Shown here: piece after piece, positions 48,445 through 53,541 of the stretch
Position numbering within the stretch: the stretch's first letter is position 1
Layout of the letters: the number at the start of each line of letters is the position of its first letter
Origin: SAR324 cluster bacterium
Lineage (GTDB): Bacteria; SAR324; XYD2-FULL-50-16
Reading direction: 5' to 3'
Assembly: GCA_033791585.1 (NCBI GenBank)
Contig: JASJGK010000145.1
Span: 1 to 53,541, forward strand
Length of the DNA: 53,541 bases
Notes under the pieces: model-generated
What the model was told of the DNA's origin: nothing
Databases searched by the model: none
What the model saw: the letters and a program-made list of their open reading frames with translations, nothing else
Made by a program: the position numbers and the translations under genes

Positions 48445-49857
48445 TTACTTGGCCTCGGTGGCATCATTAGGCAAGCTGTTAAACCACTTGAGTTTCGCCT
48501 GCAGAGATACAACTGTACCAATGATCAACAGCGCAGGTGCCTGCACATCTTCACGTTCCATGGTTTCTTTTAAAGTCCCAAGAGTGGTTGTGATAACCCT
48601 CTGCTCGGGCATGGTGCCTTTTTCTACAAATGCTGCAGGCATATCACCACTAACACCCCGTTTCATTAGTTCTTGGGCAATAATAGGCGCTGTGGAAACA
48701 CCCATATAAAATACTAGAGTTTGGTTTGGCGCTGTCATAGAGTCAAAATCCAGATTCAACTCTTCACCCTTTAAATGACCTGTAATAAAACGCACCGATT
48801 GGGCGTGATCTCTGTGGGTTAAGGGGATGCCTGCATAGGCACCGCAACCAGCGGCGGCTGTTATGCCCGGTACAACTTGAAAATCGATGTTGGAAGATAA
48901 AATGGTTTCAATCTCTTCTCCGCCACGGCCAAAAATAAAGGGGTCACCGCCTTTTAGGCGTACAACTAATTTGCCCTTACTGGCTTCATCAACTAGAATC
49001 TGGTTAATGCCCTCTTGCGGGACCACATGAAAGCTAGACTTTTTACCAACATAGATTCGCTCCACTTCTCGCCTTGCAAAATCTAAAATTGCTGGGTTTA
49101 CAAGCCTATCGTAAACCAAAACATCTGCATTTTGAATCAACCGTAAAGCCCGCAAGGTCAATAGGTCTGGGTCACCAGGGCCAGCACCAACTAAGCACAC
49201 TTGACCATAATCTTTTAGATGTTCTTTTGGTGCATTCAACTCACGGATCAAGGCTTCTCTCGCTTCTGCCTCCTTGCCCCCTAAAAACATTTCAATGATG
49301 GGGCTAGCGAAAACCTTATCCCAGAATTTTTTTCGACTGGTATGAAGGTCGATACTCGCTTTGGTGGTGGAGCGAACTTCGCCCATCAACTTTGCAAGCC
49401 GTGAATATGAGTGAGGGAATAGAGTTTCTAATTTCGCCCGAACTAACCTGCTTAACCTAGGGCATTGCCCGCTGCTAGAAACGGCCATAATCAAAGGGTC
49501 ACGGTCAACGATACTAGGGAAGATAAAATTACAGAAATCAGGCTTATCAATCACGTTAACCAACATCATTTTTGCTGTTGCCAACTTATAGATAGATTCA
49601 CAAAGTTCTAAATTCTCTGAGGCAACTACAACAATATGCTTCCCTTCTAGGTCTGAGGGAGAAAATTCTCTGGCATGGTAATCAATCTTTTGTTCTTCAA
49701 CCAAGGCCTTGAATTCACCGCTAATTTGAGTGGCTATGACAGTCACATTTGCAGAGGCTCGAACGAGCAAGCTAAGCTTATTATGGGAGCCAGTATCAGA
49801 GCCTACAAGTAGAACAGGCTTACCTTTAAGGTCTAAAAAGAGGGGTAAAAATTCCAT
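48445..49857 (-). CDS. cysG: Siroheme synthase (precorrin-2 dehydrogenase/ferrochelatase + uroporphyrinogen-III C-methyltransferase)
   Basis: 470 aa. N-terminus FLPLFLDLKGKPVLLVG (CysG-B-like). C-terminal methyltransferase motifs VCLVGAGPGDPDLLTLRA and RLKGGDPFIFGRGGEE. Confidence 0.9.
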   Translation of the reverse strand: MEFLPLFLDLKGKPVLLVGSDTGSHNKLSLLVRASANVTVIATQISGEFKALVEEQKIDYHAREFSPSDLEGKHIVVVASENLELCESIYKLATAKMMLVNVIDKPDFCNFIFPSIVDRDPLIMAVSSSGQCPRLSRLVRAKLETLFPHSYSRLAKLMGEVRSTTKASIDLHTSRKKFWDKVFASPIIEMFLGGKEAEAREALIRELNAPKEHLKDYGQVCLVGAGPGDPDLLTLRALRLIQNADVLVYDRLVNPAILDFARREVERIYVGKKSSFHVVPQEGINQILVDEASKGKLVVRLKGGDPFIFGRGGEEIETILSSNIDFQVVPGITAAAGCGAYAGIPLTHRDHAQSVRFITGHLKGEELNLDFDSMTAPNQTLVFYMGVSTAPIIAQELMKRGVSGDMPAAFVEKGTMPEQRVITTTLGTLKETMEREDVQAPALLIIGTVVSLQAKLKWFNSLPNDATEAK

Positions 49858-50008
49858 GGGTTTTTTTTCCTGATTTTATAGGTGGATAGTTTAGCAATAA
49901 AAAAGTGTAAAAAACTAGCTTTTACTTGCAATCTTACTAAATATCAACCTAGAATAGGCAATTGTGATTATATGAATATTTACATTAACCTAAACTAGAA
50001 GAGTTAAG

Positions 50009-50650
50009 ATGTCAAAACGTTTAAAGTACCTTGCTGATATCCGCCCAGAAGCTGCAACAGCTTATTTTGAATTTTTAAAGCAGTCAGGCCAACACCTTGA
50101 TGATAAAACAAGGTTCTTAATTTCAGTTGTTACCAAGGTTGCCACAGGTACAACAGCAGGACTAAAGCAGTATCTACCTCACGCAATGCGTGCTGGTGCA
50201 AATGCAAACGAAATTATTGATGCTATATTGATGTCTTTTCCAGCAGCAGGCCTACCTAAGGTATTGGATGCTTTAGATGTGGTTCAAGAATTAAACCTAC
50301 CTGACTTTTTACCTGAAAACTTAAAAAAGCCTTATGAGTGGTATGAAGTTTGTGACCTAGCTAGTTTAGAAGATGAAAAAATCACAGATTTTGAGATTGA
50401 AGGCGTGCAAATGTTGGTTGTTCGTAAAGGCGAAGGCGTAACGGTTTTTGATCGTCGCTGCCCACACCTGGGCAACAAGCTCCCCTGTGAAAATGTTGAT
50501 GGCAACTTAACTTGTAAGTCTCACCAATGGGTATTTGACGCTGTAAGTGGTGAATGTGTGGAAAAGGGAACTCGAGCCATCCACACCTATGAAAGTAAAG
50601 TTGAAAATGGCAAAGTTATGGCTAATCTCTTAGTATTTGCAAAGGACTAA
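50009..50650 (+). CDS. Carboxymuconolactone decarboxylase (AhpD-like) domain fused to a Rieske [2Fe-2S] domain
   Basis: The N-terminal ~95 aa are CMD-like helices without a CxxC motif. The C-terminal domain has the Rieske motif CPH-x15-CKSH (CPHLGNKLPCENVDGNLTCKSH). Confidence 0.75.
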   Translation: MSKRLKYLADIRPEAATAYFEFLKQSGQHLDDKTRFLISVVTKVATGTTAGLKQYLPHAMRAGANANEIIDAILMSFPAAGLPKVLDALDVVQELNLPDFLPENLKKPYEWYEVCDLASLEDEKITDFEIEGVQMLVVRKGEGVTVFDRRCPHLGNKLPCENVDGNLTCKSHQWVFDAVSGECVEKGTRAIHTYESKVENGKVMANLLVFAKD

Positions 50651-50654
50651 TATT

Positions 50655-51575
50655 ATGGAATCAAAGGTAGACCACGCCAATGAAGTTGTTGAGCACCTAG
50701 CCTCCCAAGGCTATGTTGCCTCTCAAGATATCGCAACGACTGTCTTTTTAGGCATGAAGATGCAAAAGCCAATCTTGGTTGAAGGCCCTGCTGGGGTTGG
50801 GAAAACAGAATTGGCAAAGGCCTTATCCAAGGCCTTGGAAGTGGATTTGATCCATTTACAATGTTATGAAGGTTTAGATGAATCCAAAGCGATCTATGAG
50901 TGGGAATATGCAAAACAACTGCTCTACACCCAGATGCTGAAAGAAAAAATTCATGAACTGGTTTCTGATTCTAGTAATTTAAAAGACTCGATCGAAGAGC
51001 TGTCAAAGCAAGAAGACGCTTTCTTTTCAAAGCATTTTTTGCTGCCTCGGCCTCTTTTAAAATCCATTACTCTCGGGCGGCCTAACATACTGCTCATTGA
51101 TGAGATTGATAAATCAGACCCTGAATTTGAGGCCTATTTGCTGGAGGTATTGAGTTCTTTTGAGATCACAATTCCTGAACTGGGTAAAATTGAAGCGACA
51201 AGTATCCCTTTGGTTTTCCTTACTTCGAACAACTCAAGGGATCTAAGCGATGCCTTGAAGCGTCGCTGTTTACACTTATATGTAGACTTCCCAAGTAATG
51301 ATCTTGAAGCTCAGATTGTAGCTTCCAGATTCCCTGATTTAGATACAGAATTAATTGCCTCTATGGTTGATGCCATTTCTAATATCAGAACCTTAGATAT
51401 TAAAAAGAAGCCCTCTATTGCTGAGACACTTGACTGGGCTAAAGCCCTAATTAGTTTGCAGATTGGTGACATTAACCATGAGTCTTTAACTAAAACTTTA
51501 GGCGTGATTTGTAAGTACCAGTCAGATATCGAACAGGTGCATAACCAGATGGAAGAAGTCTTAAAGGATTCTTAA
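50655..51575 (+). CDS. MoxR-family AAA+ ATPase (CoxD-like)
   Basis: Walker A GPAGVGKT and Walker B LLIDEIDK. The QCYEGLDESKAIYEWEYAKQ block is typical of this MoxR subgroup. I prefer the ATG at 50655, just after the upstream stop. Confidence 0.85.
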   Translation: MESKVDHANEVVEHLASQGYVASQDIATTVFLGMKMQKPILVEGPAGVGKTELAKALSKALEVDLIHLQCYEGLDESKAIYEWEYAKQLLYTQMLKEKIHELVSDSSNLKDSIEELSKQEDAFFSKHFLLPRPLLKSITLGRPNILLIDEIDKSDPEFEAYLLEVLSSFEITIPELGKIEATSIPLVFLTSNNSRDLSDALKRRCLHLYVDFPSNDLEAQIVASRFPDLDTELIASMVDAISNIRTLDIKKKPSIAETLDWAKALISLQIGDINHESLTKTLGVICKYQSDIEQVHNQMEEVLKDS

Positions 51576-51578
51576 AAG

Positions 51579-52940
51579 ATGGTAAATCAGGTAAGAGAAT
51601 TTTGTAATCTGCTAAAGTTGAGGGGGTTAATGGTAACCCCAAATTCCCTCAATGGGGCGCTTGAAGCTTTGAGTTGGGTCGATACACTCGACCTAGATCA
51701 ATTCAAGACAGCTCTTTTGGCTAATCTTGTCCAGCATCCTTTGGATATGGATTGTTTTGAGGCGGCATTTACAGATTATTTTCTTTCCCAAAACAACATG
51801 CAACTGGAAAAGGAAGATCAATTTTTTAAAGCTAATTTAAAAGATTTTATCGACCAGGTAAAAAAGAGTGAAGAAAACTTTGACGCTGTTATTATCGGGG
51901 TTTTGGAGGGGAAAAGTAGAGGCGTAATGCAACTCTTGATTGAGGCTGAAGAGTCTTTTTTAACCCATGATGCAGAAGACCATAAAAAGGGTAAGGGTGG
52001 CCAAAAAAAGAAGAATACTTTTAAAAAACAATTAAAAATGATGATCGATCTGGCAGAAGATTTTTCTGCTCGGTCCTTCCACATGCCCCAGCAGAAACGT
52101 GAAAAGCTGGCTGAAATTATCCGCCAGCAACTAGAAGAAGCTATGGCTTTGCTAGATAATAAACCCCAGGGGCGTGATAAATTACTGCCTTGGGAAAAGG
52201 AAAATACCATTTCCACCATTAACTTTGCCCAGCTTCGTGAAGCGGATATCAGTAAGGTTAAAGAAGAAGTGAATATATTGGCCCGCAAGCTAAAAAATAA
52301 ATTGGCCCAAAAGCAAAAGAGATCGGCCAAAGGGAAGATTGATATCAAAGCCATGGTTCGCCAATCGGCAGCCTATGGCGGGGTTCCTTTTAAATTAAGA
52401 TGGAAGCAGCATAAAAAAACCAAGGGTAAGATCATTGCTATTTGTGATGTTTCTTCTTCTGTTTCTTATGCAGCACAATTTATGATTTTACTGCTTTATC
52501 TATTGCAGTCACGTTTTAGTAAGATTCGTAGCTTTGTTTTTATTCGCCAAGCCTACGAAATCACCAGTTTTTTTGAGTCTTGGCCCCTTGAGCAGGCAAT
52601 GCTTAAGGCCATTGATTCGCATAAAATTCGTATGGGCCAGCCCAGTAACTATGGTTCTAGTTTTAATTCTTTTTTAAAGGATTATGGCTCGGCCGTAACG
52701 CCTGATACCACTTTGATTATTATGGGCGATGGACAGAATAACTTTAACGCTCCGCAAATCGAAGGTTTTAAAACCCTAAGTGAGCGGGCAGCAAAGACTT
52801 ATTGGCTGAATCCTGAGGAAGAAAAATTTTGGTATAGTGCCTCCAATGTTTCAAAAGAATATAAACCCTTTTGCGACCAAATGATTGAATGCGCAACGCT
52901 AGAACAACTCGGTGAGTTCACCGAAAAACTTGTATTTTAG
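51579..52940 (+). CDS. VWA-domain protein, CoxE-like (MoxR partner)
   Basis: CoxE-type N-terminal region, a charged linker, and a C-terminal VWA with MIDAS CDVSSS. 3 bp after the MoxR gene. Confidence 0.8.
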   Translation: MVNQVREFCNLLKLRGLMVTPNSLNGALEALSWVDTLDLDQFKTALLANLVQHPLDMDCFEAAFTDYFLSQNNMQLEKEDQFFKANLKDFIDQVKKSEENFDAVIIGVLEGKSRGVMQLLIEAEESFLTHDAEDHKKGKGGQKKKNTFKKQLKMMIDLAEDFSARSFHMPQQKREKLAEIIRQQLEEAMALLDNKPQGRDKLLPWEKENTISTINFAQLREADISKVKEEVNILARKLKNKLAQKQKRSAKGKIDIKAMVRQSAAYGGVPFKLRWKQHKKTKGKIIAICDVSSSVSYAAQFMILLLYLLQSRFSKIRSFVFIRQAYEITSFFESWPLEQAMLKAIDSHKIRMGQPSNYGSSFNSFLKDYGSAVTPDTTLIIMGDGQNNFNAPQIEGFKTLSERAAKTYWLNPEEEKFWYSASNVSKEYKPFCDQMIECATLEQLGEFTEKLVF

Positions 52941-52969
52941 GTAGTTTTAAGCTATCCTAAATTTTAATA

Positions 52970-53073
52970 AAACTACTCCGATCCGAAGAGCCTAAGGCAC
53001 ACATTGCTATGGTTTTAGGGCGATAGGGTTTAAGTGGAAACGCTTTGGCCTTCCGAATTTGAAAAGGAGTTAT
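52970..53073 (+). ncRNA. Candidate Moco (molybdenum cofactor) riboswitch in the moeA leader
   Basis: ACUCC (52975-52979) can pair with the SD GGAGU (53066-53070). Internal hairpin AAGUG-GAAA-CGCUU (53032-53045) has a GNRA loop. The CUCCGA / GGCCUUCC elements resemble conserved Moco-motif segments as I recall them. Not verified by a covariance model. Confidence 0.3.
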
Positions 53074-53541
53074 ATGCTTACCTATACCCAAGCCTTAGAC
53101 TTGGTCTTGTCTGAAGTTGCGTCTTATACTGGCACATTGCCAGAGTCTAAGACTGTAGTTGAATTGCCTTTTTTAGAGGCACTAGGCCATGTATTAAAAG
53201 AAGATCTAATCGCAGATCGTGACTTCCCCCCCTTTGACCGTGTTTGTATGGATGGCTTTGCCATTAATTCAATCGATTATAAAGGCGCTGGGCAAAAGTT
53301 TGATTTGTTACCTGCCCAGATGGCTGGCGACGAACCGACCCACACAACAGCCGCAAACCAAGCAATACCCGTTATGACAGGTGCACCTATCCCAGAGGGG
53401 ATGGATGCGGTTATCATGGTGGAAAACTCTAAAAAATCGGCAGCCCAAGTTTCCTTTACCAATGATACTGTAAATTCAGGTTTGGCTATCGCCCCCCAAG
53501 GGGAAGATGCCAAGGCTGGCGATGTGAAAATAAAAAAGGGC
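53074..53541 (+). CDS. moeA: Molybdopterin molybdenumtransferase MoeA, N-terminal 156 aa (truncated by window end)
   Basis: Translated by hand: MLTYTQALDLVL...DFPPFDRVCMDGFAI...AIPVMTGAPIPEGMDAVIMVE. These are classic MoeA motifs (PPFD..MDG.A, MTGAP.P.G.DAV). The frame is open to the last base. SD AAGGAG lies 4 nt upstream of the ATG. Confidence 0.85.
   Translation, partial: MLTYTQALDLVLSEVASYTGTLPESKTVVELPFLEALGHVLKEDLIADRDFPPFDRVCMDGFAINSIDYKGAGQKFDLLPAQMAGDEPTHTTAANQAIPVMTGAPIPEGMDAVIMVENSKKSAAQVSFTNDTVNSGLAIAPQGEDAKAGDVKIKKG

Noticed and set aside
1-53541. Search by eye for tRNA/rRNA genes, CRISPR arrays, transposases, integrases, toxin-antitoxin pairs or defence-system genes
   Set aside because: None recognised. 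No regularly spaced repeats of about 28-37 bp with unique spacers, no T-loop GGTTCGAATCC-type tRNA signatures, and no DDE, tyrosine- or serine-recombinase motifs in any ORF of 60 aa or longer. The window looks like core chromosome plus a metabolic island rather than mobile DNA.

Overview
53.5-kb low-GC (about 40% by eye) bacterial chromosomal window. I recognised no rRNA, tRNA, CRISPR array, transposase or phage genes. The left 22 kb is housekeeping and signalling: a Sel1/pentapeptide lipoprotein, 5'-nucleotidase, PHP phosphoesterase, porin, GST, a 1248-aa hybrid histidine kinase, TonB-like protein, rpsA, a Tat-exported Cys-rich four-helix-bundle protein, a Kef-type antiporter, TauE/SafE, a 7TMR-DISM/SpoIIE phosphatase and an MCP. 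The remainder is a sulfur energy-metabolism island. (i) A tightly coupled + strand operon runs dsrC-dsrA-dsrB-(DsrD-like)-(HesB/IscA-like)-dsrT-dsrMKJOP-orf137 (22648-31906). (ii) After an rhlE helicase and an ABC exporter, a - strand operon runs dsrE-dsrF-dsrH-(DsrE3-like)-tusA-(fused FeS/NrfD subunit)-(signal-less 983-aa molybdopterin oxidoreductase, SoeA-like)-(TorD-like chaperone) (43591-36241). (iii) Downstream lie two tandem SulP/STAS permeases, cysG, a CMD(AhpD-like)-Rieske fusion, a MoxR ATPase, a CoxE-type VWA protein and a truncated moeA preceded by a possible Moco riboswitch. The main result is the mix of markers. DsrA looks reductive-type and is followed by a DsrD-like gene, with no dsrL or dsrN in the window. 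These sit beside the sulfur-oxidiser relay DsrEFH/TusA/DsrE3 and a cytoplasmic Soe-like sulfite dehydrogenase whose B and C subunits are fused. Two unassigned genes are embedded in the dsr operon. All family calls come from motif recognition by eye and need HMM and phylogenetic confirmation.
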